Shown piece by piece: positions 22,701 through 35,100 of a stretch of 64,000 nt of DNA. A program made the position numbers and the translations under genes. Numbering within the stretch: position 1 is the stretch's first letter; each line of letters opens with the position of its first letter. Source of the DNA: Lama guanicoe. Lineage: Eukaryota. The DNA lies in assembly GCA_013239625.1 (NCBI GenBank), contig MU055269.1, positions 3,535,225 to 3,599,224 of the forward strand, given 5' to 3'. The notes below the pieces were generated by a model. That model ran no database searches. It saw only the letters and a program-made list of their open reading frames with translations, and was not told the origin of the DNA.

Positions 22701-24472
22701 TCCATGGTGTGCAGCCATGAAAAGCCGCAGCTTCATAGACAGTGGAAGGAGATTGGCCTCTTTGGGGCTCTGTTAGAAGCTGCACCCCAAACGCAATCCG
22801 TATTTTGACTGGTCGTGAAGCTCCCCAGAAAGCCTCATTCCCAGGGCAGGATAAAAACAGCAGAGGGCTGGCATCGTGCTCATTGGAGCTGCCCAAGGCC
22901 GTGATCTCAACTGAGCAAGTGAGCCTTGTCAAGCTAGGTGACCACAGGGGAGTTTGAAAGCCCTGCTGTGTTCCTGGGGGTCTGGAAGACTGCACACACG
23001 CACACGGGTGTGCACATGCTCAGGGAGACCTGGGCAAGGAGAGGGCCCAGTCGTCCCACCTCCGGCTCGTCCACCTTGAGACCCTGTACAAGCGGAAGTG
23101 AAGCCCAGGCTGGCTGAACTGTGGGCGAGTCAGAGGTGGGCCTTGGTAGACAGATGCCCTCAACAAAAAGGGGAGGCCTCATGGCTCAAGGCAGTTAAAA
23201 ACACCTGACTGATACTCGACTGACCGTTAAACTGTGCTAACCTGAGGGTGACCCCTAGGAAGCTGAGCTTAAAAAATAAACACACATTTTTCAAAAAGAG
23301 AATCAGAGAACTTAGTAGCCACACACTGCAGAGATACAGAATCTGCAGAATTAGTCCAGGAGAGTCACTAACCAAGTAAGCAGCAACTAGGGGGGAAGAA
23401 AGAACCCAGCGATAACAGCAAATCCTGGAGGGGTAGGTGGGGGGGGGCAGATTCCAGAGCTGCTGCGGTGTCTTACCTACAACGTCTAGCTTTCAAACAA
23501 AACGTTATGAGACACGAAACATGAAAATACGTCCCATAGGCAGGGATAAAACCACATACAGCAGACGGTGTCCCTGAGGGGGCTCAGGCACTGGGCTTCG
23601 CAGCCAAGTACCTGAGCTGCCACAGACATGCTCAAGGAGCTGAAGGAAACCACGTTATAGGGTTAAAGGAAAGTAGTGCATCTGTGTTCCACCAGATGGA
23701 GAGGATCAGCAGTGAGACAGAAATACGTATATTTTCAAAGAGCCAAGCGGAAATCCTAGAGTTGAAAAGTATAATAACTGAAATGAAAAGTTCATTAGAA
23801 GGGCTGAACAACGTTTTGGAGCTGACGGAGGAAAAGAATCGACAGACTTGAAGAAAGATCAATAGACTGTCCAGTCTGAGGGGTGGAGAGAAAAAAGATT
23901 AAAGAAAAAGAACAAGTGGGACACCGTAAAACATACAAATGTGTGCATAATGGGACTCCAGAAGAGGGGAGGAAAGGGTAGAAAAAACATTGGAAGAAAC
24001 AATGGTCAGAATCTTCCCAAATTTGTTGAAAAACATTGTGCACATCCCAAAAGGTCAACAACTTCCAAGTAGGATAAAATCAGAGCTCACATCATAGCCA
24101 CACTGTCCAAAGTCAAAGAAAAAGAGACAGTTCTAAAAGCAGCAAGAGGAGAACAAGTCGCAGGTGCGTGGACGCTGCAGTAAGGTCAGCGCTGACTGCC
24201 CATTCACGGTCATGGAAGCCAGAAAGCAGTGGAGTCACCCACTCGAAGTGCTCAGAGGAGGGCTGCTGACCACGCAGCCCACATGCAGCAAAGCTAGCCT
24301 TGGACGAGAAGGCAAAATAAGGAAAGATACTGGGACCTGAGCCACAGGAGGAGCTAAAGGGAGTCTCTCAGGCTGATGATGACTCAGATCCGCGCGAAGG
24401 AATAAAGTGCTGGTGAAAGTAATTACACAGGTAAATAAAAAGACAGAAGAGCATTAACAAAAACTTTCTTCT

Positions 24473-24629
24473 GGGGAAGGAGACAGCTCACTGGTAGAGT
24501 GCCTGCCTAGCACGCACGAGGTCCTGGGTTCAATCCCCAGTGCCTCCACTTAAAGAATAAGTAAATAAATAAACCTAGTTACCTCTTCCCCTAAAAAAAA
24601 AAAAAGGAAGACAAAGAAAAGGAAAAAAA
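24473..24629 (+). mobile_element. tRNA-derived SINE (camelid Vic-1-like) nested in the L1
   Basis: A box CAGCTCACTGG (24484-24494), B box GGTTCAATCC (24527-24536), (TAAA)n tract, CCTAGTTACCTC tail, poly(A), and imperfect target-site duplication AAAAACTTT on both flanks. Family name from recall. Confidence 0.88.
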
Positions 24630-26032
24630 CTTTTTTCCTCCTAACTTATTAAAAAAATACTTAGGACAATAATTACAAAACTGTTCTGATAGGCTCATAA
24701 TATATAAAATGTCATTTGTGTGACAATGATAGCACAAAGGAAGGAGCAGGGGAGGAAGCTGTGTTGGAATAAAGTTGCTGTATGTTTAATAAGTATTACT
24801 CTGAAATAAATATTTTAAAGTTAGATGAGTACTGTAATCTTTGGAGGACCTGCTAAAAAAAACAAGAATAAGTTAAGTAAACAAAACAGGGTTTTAAAAA
24901 AGCATTTAAATGATACACTAGAAAATAAAAAGAAGGCAGCAGTGAAAGAAGGTAAGAACAACAAAAAACCCAAACCACAAGACGTGGAAAACAAACAGAA
25001 AAACGGCGCATGTATGTCCCACCGTATAAAAGTTACATTAAATGTAAATAAATGAAACCCTCGTAAAGGGAGGGGGTTGTCAGGCCAGATGGGGGTGGGG
25101 ATCCAGCTATGTGCTGTCCACAGAAAGCACACTTTAGATTTAAAGACACAAACAGATTATAAGTGAAAGCTTGGAAAAGATGTATCGTGCCAACAGCGAA
25201 CAGAGATCTGGAGCAGCGACACCAGTATCCGACAGAACAGACTGAGGACCAAAGAAAATGTTACTGGAGACAAAGAGGGACGTTTTCTAATGAGCAAACT
25301 GAGCAGGAAGATGCAGCAAGTGTACATGTATTTGCACCTAACGGCAGAGCCCTCTAGCACAGGAAACAAAGACTAGCAGAGCTGAAGGGGTAAATCTAAA
25401 GACAATTAAGAAACTGCTGGAGATGCCAGTACTCCCCCCTCAATAATGGACAGCGCAGCTGGACGGAAAGGCAGCAGGGACGCGGGACGGTCGAGCCACT
25501 GCCGTCGGCCCGCTGGGCCTAGACTCTCCCCAAGCAGGGTGATCATGGAGCATTCTCCAGACAGACTCCCCACTGGGCCACATAAAGCCTGGATAAATTT
25601 TAAAGGATTCAGTCTGATCACAATGGGATTAATCTATACAATCAATGCAATCCCTACCAAAATTCTAGAGGGTTTTTTTTTTTCGGAAACTGAGAAAATG
25701 ATCCTAAATTTATATGAAAGTTAGAAAAAATGCAGAATAGCCAAAGCATTTTTGAAAACAAAGAGCAAAGTTGGAAGACTCACATTTCTCAATTTCAAAA
25801 CCACACTAAAGCTACACTAATCAGGACAGTGTAGTATTGGCATAAGGCATATAGATCAAAGGAACAGACTTGAGAGTCCAGAAATAAATCCTTATTTTTA
25901 TGGTAAATTGGTTTTTTAACAAAAGTGCTCTCCACTTAATTACGGCAAAGGATAGCCTCTTAAATAAATGGTGCTGGAACAACTGGATATCCACCTGCAA
26001 AAAAGTAAACTTAGACCCTCACCTCACACCTC

Positions 26033-26160
26033 NNNNNNNNNNNNNNNNNNNNNNNNNNNNNNNNNNNNNNNNNNNNNNNNNNNNNNNNNNNNNNNNNNNN
26101 NNNNNNNNNNNNNNNNNNNNNNNNNNNNNNNNNNNNNNNNNNNNNNNNNNNNNNNNNNNN
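26033..26160. other. Assembly gap (128 N) inside L1 ORF2
   Basis: Run of N. Confidence 1.
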
Positions 26161-29100
26161 CACCAAAAACAGCCCATAGAATTAAAAAACTGATAAATCT
26201 GATTTCATCAAAATGCAAAATTTTTGTACTTCAAGAGATACAATTAAGAAAAAGGAAAAAACAAACAGTAGGCAGGATGAATGCGTTTTCAAAACAGTCT
26301 GATAAAGGGTTTGTATTTAGAATATGCAGAGAACATATCTCAGTACTAAGAAACAGCCTGGTCAAAAGCTGGGCAGAAGGTTGAAGTAGACGCTTCTCCA
26401 GAGAAGATGAGTGAACATCTAGTAGCTACGTGAAAAGACACTCAGCGTCACCATCACAGGGAGTGCGGCACCAGCACGCTGGGGAGGACGCGGAGAAACT
26501 GGACCTCTCACTCCCTGGTGGGGACGTCCTGCATTACGGCCGCTTGACAGTGTCTTAGAAGTGGAACGTAAATTCGCTGTGAGACCCAGCAGTTCTACGC
26601 TTAGGCGCCTGCCCAAGAGAAATGGACGTGTGTGTCCACACAAAGACCTGCACACAAATGTCTTAGCATCATTTATAGTATCCCGGCTTTGAGACAGCCT
26701 GGTGTCCAGCCGCTAGCGCACGGATGGACGGAAAGCGTGAGGCGCATCCGGGCAGTGGAGTAGCGCTCAGCCCTGAGGAGGAGGAAGCGCTGGCTGGTGC
26801 TTGGAAGCCGCTGGACCTTGAGCCCATCGTGCTGAGTCGAAGAGCCAGGCGCAAAGAGCGCGCGTCACGTGGCTCTGTTAAGTGAAGGTGTCTGGGAAAG
26901 GCCGGCGGTAGCCTGGCGGGCGTGTTCCCTGGTCAGTCCTCGCCCTCATGCGGCTGGAAGAGCTTCTCCTCACTAGCGTTATGTCCAGCTTTGCTGGGGT
27001 GCTGGGCGCCACGGAGGACGGCGCTTCTGAAGGGGGGCTTGTGTGCGTCCTGCGTGTCCTCCTCCGAGTGCGGGGCACGCAGCCCTCTCTCAGGAGTGCT
27101 GGAGGGAAGTTCTAACTCCCGTTGTTGACACGAGCGTGACGACAGAGTTCCTCTTGGGGAGGAGAGACACGTGCGCTCCTCCACCACTTACTGTTCAGCC
27201 GAATCCAGGGTTCTCGTTAAATCGGGGCCGCTCGCAGGACCCCCGCGCGCCGCCTCCGACCGTGGGCACAGCTTTGAATCCCTTTACCTTTTTCAGTTTG
27301 AATTTTGACACAGTGCTCTTCCTTCCTTCCAGATTGTAATGTGGACACTTCCACATCACAGAGAACAAAGAGAGTCTGTTCCCCACATCCGCCCTTATCA
27401 GGCCCGGGGGACCCCAGCTAATCAAAGCCTGGTACTTGGGACAATGGGCCGGGCGGGCCGGCCCCCCTGAGGACACACAGTTATCGCTCCCAGAACCCGG
27501 GGCTGGTTTCCTTTTGTTCTGCAGTCAGCGGGGGCTGGGGGCGGGCCTTCCCAGGCTGCCGCCCTCCCCCTCGGGGCGAAGGTCCCCCCAGGGCCTATCA
27601 GGCCCCACAGCTGCTGTTACTCCAGACGCAGCAGGAAGAGCTGAAGGCAGCAGAGCCAGCGCCTCGGCAACGTCTAGGGTCTGCGACTCCCGGGCTCTGG
27701 CTCCAGTCCGGGCCGCACAGACGGGGGAGGTGCGGCAGAGGCACTGTCTGCAGCCCAGACGCGGGGGCCAGGGTAGGGGGGATCGTGGGGCCCTCGGCTG
27801 CGAGCCAGGCCGCTGCCCTGCGAGGGGGCCCCACGCGGGCAGGCCTCTTCGGCCTCCAGGACAGACTGTTTTACAGCCTCCTCCATCCTTTCTGCCCATA
27901 AAGCCAGTTGGTTTGCAGCCTGGTCTTGTGTGTCTGCAATGGTTTCAGCAGAGATTAGAGCTGGGCCCCAAGAGAAGCCAGGGCGGGAAACCCAGGGCGG
28001 GAAACCCAGGCGAGCCTCAGAGGCTGGCATCTTGCAGCAGAGTGTGTCTGAGGCGGAGCCGTCTTCTCACACCCGCTTTGGTCCAACTACTCAGGGCCCG
28101 ACTGGCAGACGCAGACTGAAGTCTAGTGAAGGAGAAATTCAACCCGTGGGGGTGGGGCAGCCCCCCCAGGGTTTTCTCTGGAATCGACTTTTAGGAAGGA
28201 GCCCAGGTGAGACGGTTGTACCACGAGCGGCCCCGTGTCTGCGAATATTTAGTGCTAGAAATTACGTTTGAGGGCCTTCCTCTTAATTACTGTCCCAGGA
28301 CGAGATCGGGCAAGGAGAGCCAAGCCACCGTGGTCACGTGTCGGGCCGCTGTGGGGGGTGGGGGGCTGAGGGAAGGGGGCTGCGCTGTTTGCTGCTTCTG
28401 GTGTGAAAGCCCCTTGCTTTCACAACGTCAAACTTAGAATCCCCTTTATACGCACTTTGCGTTTTTTTTCCACAGTAGCCATTGCCAGCAAGCTGTAAAC
28501 TGCCGCATATCACTCAGATTTAAGAACCCAAACTTTAAAACAAATTAAACTCTTGTTGACGTTGTAATAAAAATCAGAATGGAACCGGGCTGCTCAGCAG
28601 ACGCAAACTTCAATTATTTTTGTGGATTTAAGATTGTTTTTTGGGATTCCCAGCCTCCCAGCACAGCAGACATGCTCCCTCGGGCAGCCGGCTGGAGAGA
28701 GAGGTGCTGGCGGACGGACGGGCGAGGTGGCAGCCGCCGGGCTGAGCTGGGTCCGCCACCTGAGTGTTTGCTCTGGCGTCAGCAGGGGCGTCTGCGGCCA
28801 CCCTTGGAAAAGCTCATAGTGCGGGAGGCGGGGGGTGGGGTGCAGGCGCTTCTTAGTGCATTTTAACTTAAGAAAAGTGCGCGAATGATGTTTGTCGAGG
28901 TCTGCTGTTACTTGGTGTTTAGCCAGAGGAGGAAGCACCGAGAGCAGGTCCAGTTGTCGCTCGGACCTTGGTCCGCACGGGCTGGGAAGCGCCCTCTCCC
29001 CACTGCCCCAGCCCCGGCAGGCCTCATCACCACGCCACCGGCCCTGGCACTCTTTTCACAGTCTCGTCACTTGTTGAGATGGAAACGGTGGTTTCCACTG

Positions 29101-32100
29101 GATTAAATGCCAGCTTTCCATCCCACGTGCAGCTTCCTGCTGTGATGGTGCGGAATCCAGGGGTAGCAGGGAAAGGTGGGGGTGGAAACTGGTGATGGAT
29201 GCTGGGTCCCTCAGGTGAGTTGTGACCTGGGCGCCCGAGCTGCATCTCCCCAGAGCCTGCCCTTCCCTCGCTGGCGGCTTCCTCTTCTGCCCCGCTTCCT
29301 GTTTCTACTTTCAAGGCCAGGCTGGCTGCAGGGCTCACGACCTCTGGCTCAGAAATGTGCTGTGCCCACCGGCCACCACCGAGGGGCCGAGCTCGCTGAC
29401 TGCCACCATGCTAAGTCCCTGGAGCGGGTGCTGGGGTCACCCGACCACCTGTGTTGGGGCGGGCACTGACGTGGCTTCTGCCTGCCCCAAGGGACAGAGG
29501 ACACAGCGAGGGGAGCTGGGCCTGCCGGGCTGTGAGCCTCGCTCAGCGGACGGCGTCCAGCACTTACCAGGTGGTGGGAAGATGAGACCTCCCCAGCGAC
29601 TTTCCTTCCCAGGGCCCTTCCTTGCCCCTGCTGGTTAGAGGAACACAGGATTCACACGCCCACGCACACCCCATCGGCTGTGGCCCTGTTCCCCCCCCCC
29701 GGGGGGGGGGAGGGAATTTTTTTAAGCCGTCTGATCACTGCTTATATCCATGCTATCTGCTGGACTGGGGCCTGCTGAACTCACAGTGCTTTGCCGGGAT
29801 GTGTCATGCTCTGGTGCAGGGAGCTTGTGGGCCAGGTTCGCAGTGATCAGGGGGCAGGTGCAGGGCTCTGGCCCCGCTCCTGACCTGAGGGCCCCATCCC
29901 AGCATCCAGGGACATCAGGCCTGGTGACGGGATCCAGCCACCAGCTTATCCCTAAGCCCCGCCCACCCCCCCGGGAAGCACCCACACAGTCACAGAGGTG
30001 ACTGCGCGTGGCCCCACGTTAGGTCTCGCTGGGCTTCAGTCTGAATGAACGTTGACTGGGAACAAATACCCTGAACAGCTTGCTTTTCACTTACTGGCTG
30101 TTTTGGGGATGCGTTTCAAGGCTTCTTCAGAAATCAAATTTAGATATACAAGTGGAATGAACGCTAAGTTTCCAAATGGACAGCTCAGCCCCACGGGAAG
30201 GAAGAGGTTCAACAGGCAAGACGACTTGCAGACGACTAGCCGGAGCTTCACCGTGGGTGCTCGGGGGCTTGTGCGGTCCCCGCGTCTCGCGGAAACTCTG
30301 GGAAAGGGTTAATTCGACCTTCGAAGGAGGACGTAAACCAGGCAGTACTTGCAGGACTGTCAAGATGCGTGGGGAGACCAGCCCGGAGCCCTGGCCCCCG
30401 GGAACTAGAGCGAGGTGGGAGAGGGCAGCGCACAGCTGAACGGCATTCCCAGCTTCAGCGGCAGTCCAGGTGGCACCACGGCGCCCGGGGAGGCTCCTGA
30501 TCAGGGAATTCCGGAGGCCAGGGGGTGTGGTGCTCCTGCCCTGAACTTGAGGGCTTTTGAGGTCGTTTCAGGATGTCTCAGAGGAATAAGGACAGGGAGC
30601 CAAGCCTTGGAAGCTGTCTGCCCTGTGTCCTGGCCGGCGTCGCTGGTGCAGGCGGGAGGTGCAGTGTTAGACGGCGCGAGGCCCCTGTGGGGCAGATTTC
30701 CAGCGCCAGGCTCTACTTCTGTTGAGTTCAGGACCCTCCATCAATGGAGCTTCCTCCGGAAACCAGCTTGTAAGACGCTTCCCCCAGGGACGCGCCCTGG
30801 CCCCACTGTGGTCCCCAGCTCAGGGCCCCGGCGTCCTTTCCATGTGCGAGAACACGCAGGTGACTGATCCGGCCTGTCTCTCGGGGACTGTTGGAGACGG
30901 CTGTTGCGTGGCTCTGGCTGAGAAGTGGTTTCTGGGACTGGTGGTTCATTTTGGTAATCACCAGGGGCACGCCGTTATTACATAAAGTCAATTAGACTGC
31001 GCACAGACTCCGGCCCTGTTGATTTGATTTAGAGGCAGCGAAAGCTCCAGTAATGTGCAATTACAGGGAACTTAATGGGCCTTTGTACTGAAGGCCACGT
31101 CCAAGGCACCTAATATACTTTGATGAATTGCTCATTATGTGCAGTGTTGGAATAACTTCTATAAAGATTAATAATTGGATAATCAATACAAAAATTCAAC
31201 CCTGGTTTTTTTCCTGCCGCGGGGTCGATATGTCCCAGGGGTTCTGGGGCCCGTCGCGTTTGCCCGACTTCTCTGACTCCTGCCTGTTGTTTTCGAAATT
31301 GGGGGGTTTGAGAGTAGCTTACCAGCGTGGTGTGTTGCACACTTTTTTCCTCATGCCTCCTGTGACTTTTCTGCTCAGATCTTCACAGAATGAACAGGGT
31401 CTGCTATTGGCTCTTGTTGTCGACACTCAGAGGTGGTTTTGCCCTCAAGTGGGGAGGGAGCAGACAACACCCTTGAAGGACCTGTGGACACGCACGAGGC
31501 ACCAGGTGGCCTGTCCTCCGGGGCCAGGAGAAGGGCTGGGACGGAGCTGGAGGGGGGTGGAGGGGGGCTGAGGAGAGGGGCCGCCCCGGGGGCGTGTGGG
31601 CTCTTGAGACCCTGCGTGCCCCGGGCCTCCACCCTGGAGACACGGGCTCTGCTGTGGGATGGGTTGCATCAGTGGGCTGAGGCTAGTGGCGTTGGAGCAG
31701 GGGGAGGGGCTCGGCTGTGTCCGGGACCCATGTGCCGATTCAGGATCTGACTGAGGGGGAGACGAGGCAGAGGTGGCCGGGTGGCTGGGTGCAGAGCCCG
31801 GGAGGAGGTCTGAGCCCTGCTGTCCTGGGACAGTTGTGACTGCCTCCGTCGGCACACAGGACGGCGTGGAGAGACGCAGCCCGCTGGACACAGCCCCAGC
31901 CGAGGCGGGAGGGGGGCCAGGTGCCCGACAGCCTGCTGCAGGTGTGGGGGCGCAGGGAGGGTGCACGCCACCTGGGTTCCGCAGCTACAGTTTGGACCCT
32001 TGTTGAAGGTGGACTGGAGGCACCGCACTGTGAAACAGGCCGAGGTGCTCGCCTGCAGTGACCCTGTGCCCCCACGCCAGGCTCACCCCACCAGCCACGT

Positions 32101-35100
32101 CTGGCCCCTTCCTAGTTAATCCTGCCAAGAGCCACACCCAACACAAACCAGAACAAACACCCGCACGCCACGCACCCCGACACCCACAGGTTTCGCCTGT
32201 GCTCTCAACAGCCCACCAAGGGCACACGGCTTCGGGAGGGAGCAGGGTCCACAAGCCCGGCAGCCGGGGTGTTGCAGTGACGCCCGGAGAGAGGCCAGGC
32301 CCCGGCTCCTTTCTGATCCACTCGGACCCTCTCGGGCCCCAGACTCGGAGCAGGAACGTTCGGCCTCATGATCCCCCTCCATTGCCCCGCAGAGAAGGAA
32401 CAGCCCCTTGGTTGGTGTCTCGGGACCTGGGGTCCCCTGACCTCATGGGAAGGACCTGTGTCCCAAGGCAGAGGGGCAGGAAGGCCAGCCTGCAGACCCA
32501 CATGCCTCCTTGTCCAGGTCCATGTACTGTATTTTATTTCTTAATTAAAGGGGACTTTGAGGCTTTTTAATTTTTCCCGTTCCGTTAATCGTTTGACTAG
32601 GAATTTCATAACTGGGGAGAATGTGTTTTCTAATGGCACAGAGCGAGCCCTGGAAATGCTTGGTGGTGGTTTAATGATCCCAGCGAGGAAGCGGAATGCG
32701 CTTGGCGCTGATAAAATAATGCCCCAGGAATATGGGAGGCATACGCCCCGCGACACATCGGTGGGGGCACGTGGACTGGCCGCGGCCCCTCCCAGGCACG
32801 CGGCTGGCCCATTCCCTGCGGACGCTGGAGTTTCCACACGGGGGTTTGCAATATTGGGAGTGTTCAGGCTAAATAAGGAAGCAGCCACCGAGGTAGGACA
32901 ATTATTCCGTTTTAATGGCTGGCAGTCCCACGTAACAATGGTGCCCGTCAGTGCAGCCCCACACCCAGCTGGCAGGGAAATGTTTTATTAAAACCGTGAC
33001 TTGTTGTCATGCAGGCCCTGCACTGTCCCACTCTCTCCTTCCCAAAATAGCAGGCCCCGTGGCAGTGCCTTATTATGATTAAAAAGATAAAAATAAGTGA
33101 AGGCTGAAATAGGTCCAGGACACCCGAGGTAACACGAGAACTTACTTTGTGATGAAACTAGAGAAACTGTTTTATTTTCCACTGCTTCACAAAGCAGCTC
33201 TAAAAAAAATCAGAAAAGTAAAAACAGGTTTTAGTGATGTTGCAACTCTGCATTTTCAGAATTACAGTGGCTGCGATGCACTCGTGGCTGAATGGCCCGT
33301 TCTCAGCCCAGAGCCTCACAGCAGCAGCACGCCCACGTGGGAGGTGCTGGGGGCTGCAGGTGGACCAGGGAGACCACGCTGGACAGAGCCCACCCCCCCT
33401 GGGGGACCGCTGACCGGTGCCAACCTGGCAGGAGGAAGTACAGGCGGTAGACGTTCTAAGAGGTCAGCTCCTCTCACGACACTGAAGCGCCCACGTGAGA
33501 GCCGCCACCCCACTCCTCTGCCTGCACGGGGCGGGGAGGACACTCCCCTCCCCCTCTGTCCCAGTCTCTGAGGTGTGGCTTTAATTGTGGCTCCGCTCAC
33601 ATCTGCTGACACCTCAAGTGAGTACCGTGTGAGCCTGAGTGTCCGCAGAAAAGGTGGGCGCTGCGTGTTCATCAAAACCTGCGCCCGCCCCGGGAAGGTC
33701 CCCACGGTGACAGCCTTTGCCTTCTCAGGGTTTGCAGCTGCCATCCACGGGCCTCCTTATCCGGGAGTCAGTGGGTTTGCAGGGGTAGCAGCGCAGCCTG
33801 GCGGCGCCTTAGCAGTCAGTTCTTCAAGAATAGGCTTGGCCTCAGACCTTCTGGTGCTGCTTCTGTCCCTAAACTACTGCCCTGGAATCCAAGCTGACGA
33901 CACTAACTTAAGCCAAAGGTGTATTTTCTGGGGAAGTCAGTTGTAGGAGTGGGAAAGAATGTCCTTCCTGTTTTGTTCTGCTCTTCAAAAAGCTGCTTTG
34001 GCCTCCCTTAAAAATAGAGCCGTTCTTGACGGCTGGTCCTGTGTAAGAGCACGCGTTTTCCTGCCCCTCACAGAAGGACGGAGTAGCCGGTGCAGCGGCT
34101 TTCGTGCCGCGTGCTTGTAGACGTGCAGTGTGTAGCTTGGTCCTGAGCTGCGACGTGGCGCGGCGTGGGGTGTCGTGCAGGAGCCGGGCGGGGACGCGGT
34201 TCCGCCTGGTCCCTGGGGGGCCGTCAGGGCCTTCTGTGCTCCTGCTGCTGTGTAAGGGACAATGACGGCCTTAAAGAGCTGTCCTCGTCGTGAAGAAGCA
34301 GCATCGAAGCACGTCGTAAATCAGAAACGGAAAAGGCGACTGTCCCTGCTGGGCTGCCTGGCTTGCTAAGCAGCAGTAGACAAGCTTGGTTGTTTTTTAA
34401 AAACTCACAGTACAGTTGGATTCCTTATTGGAACTAACGTAACCATTGAGAAGGCGGAAGATGCTTCAAAGTGTTGTGTGTACTTTGTGTAATTGAGTGT
34501 GTGGTTTGTGTGATTAAGCTAACATGATGAGCGGTATCAACAAATGTGGTTTTTTACATTGACATGAAAGTGGTGTCTGCAGAACTGGTGCTCATCTGAG
34601 TGGATCCGGCTTTTCCCAAAGCAAGGGTTAAGCAGCGAGGCTGGGCTAGCGCTGCTGGGCCAGGGCTCTTCCTCTCTAAGCCGAGGTCCCGGCCCGAGAC
34701 ACGGGGATGGTGTCTGTGAGGACCACCCGGACAGTTCTCACTCCTGCCCCTCCTGGCCCTTCCTCCCCAGCCGGCTCGCAGGCCCCACGGCTCTGATGGG
34801 GTCCCGACCGGGAACGGGGGCAGAGCCTGCCACACCGTCCCGCTTCCCCCATTGTTTGTCCGACCATCACCCGCGAGAGATCAGCAACGTTGTCGATTCT
34901 CTGAGACAGAAGCGGACAGACGCAGCTGATGTGTGTGCATCAGCTTGAGAAGCCTGCACAGGTCCTGGTTCTGATCTGGTTCTGATGACACAGGGATGCC
35001 CACGTTGTCGGAAAGACGGAAACTGAAAGAGCTGAGGCGGCCCTGTCCCGCGTCCCGTTTGTGCTTTGTGAGGGAGCCCAGAGTTGCCTTCACTGCGGGC

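Larger units (their letters stand above)
22500..27060 (+). mobile_element. Ancient, internally deleted LINE-1 (L1M class) in sense orientation in intron 9: 5' UTR, ORF1, inter-ORF region, ORF2 endonuclease, ORF2 C-terminus, 3' UTR; boundaries approximate
   Basis: ORF1-like GAAATCCTAGAGTTGAAAAGTATAATAACTGAAATGAAAA (~23750) and CTTCCCAAATTTGTTGAAA (~24013). Endonuclease-like GATCCAGCTATGTGCTGTCCACAGAAAGCACACTTTAGATT (~25100). ORF2 C-terminal peptides INAIPTKI and [29 protein letters not shown]-rich + strand. No intact ORF. Confidence 0.9.

Noticed and set aside
24473-24548. tRNA-like sequence with A and B boxes
   Set aside because: Followed by a SINE body, poly(A) tail and target-site duplication, and present as three diverged copies; it is a tRNA-derived SINE, not a tRNA gene.
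25900-26384. Retroelement-like ORFs suggesting an active reverse transcriptase system
   Set aside because: Fragmentary L1 ORF2 C-terminus with stops and frameshifts; the RT core appears to be deleted.
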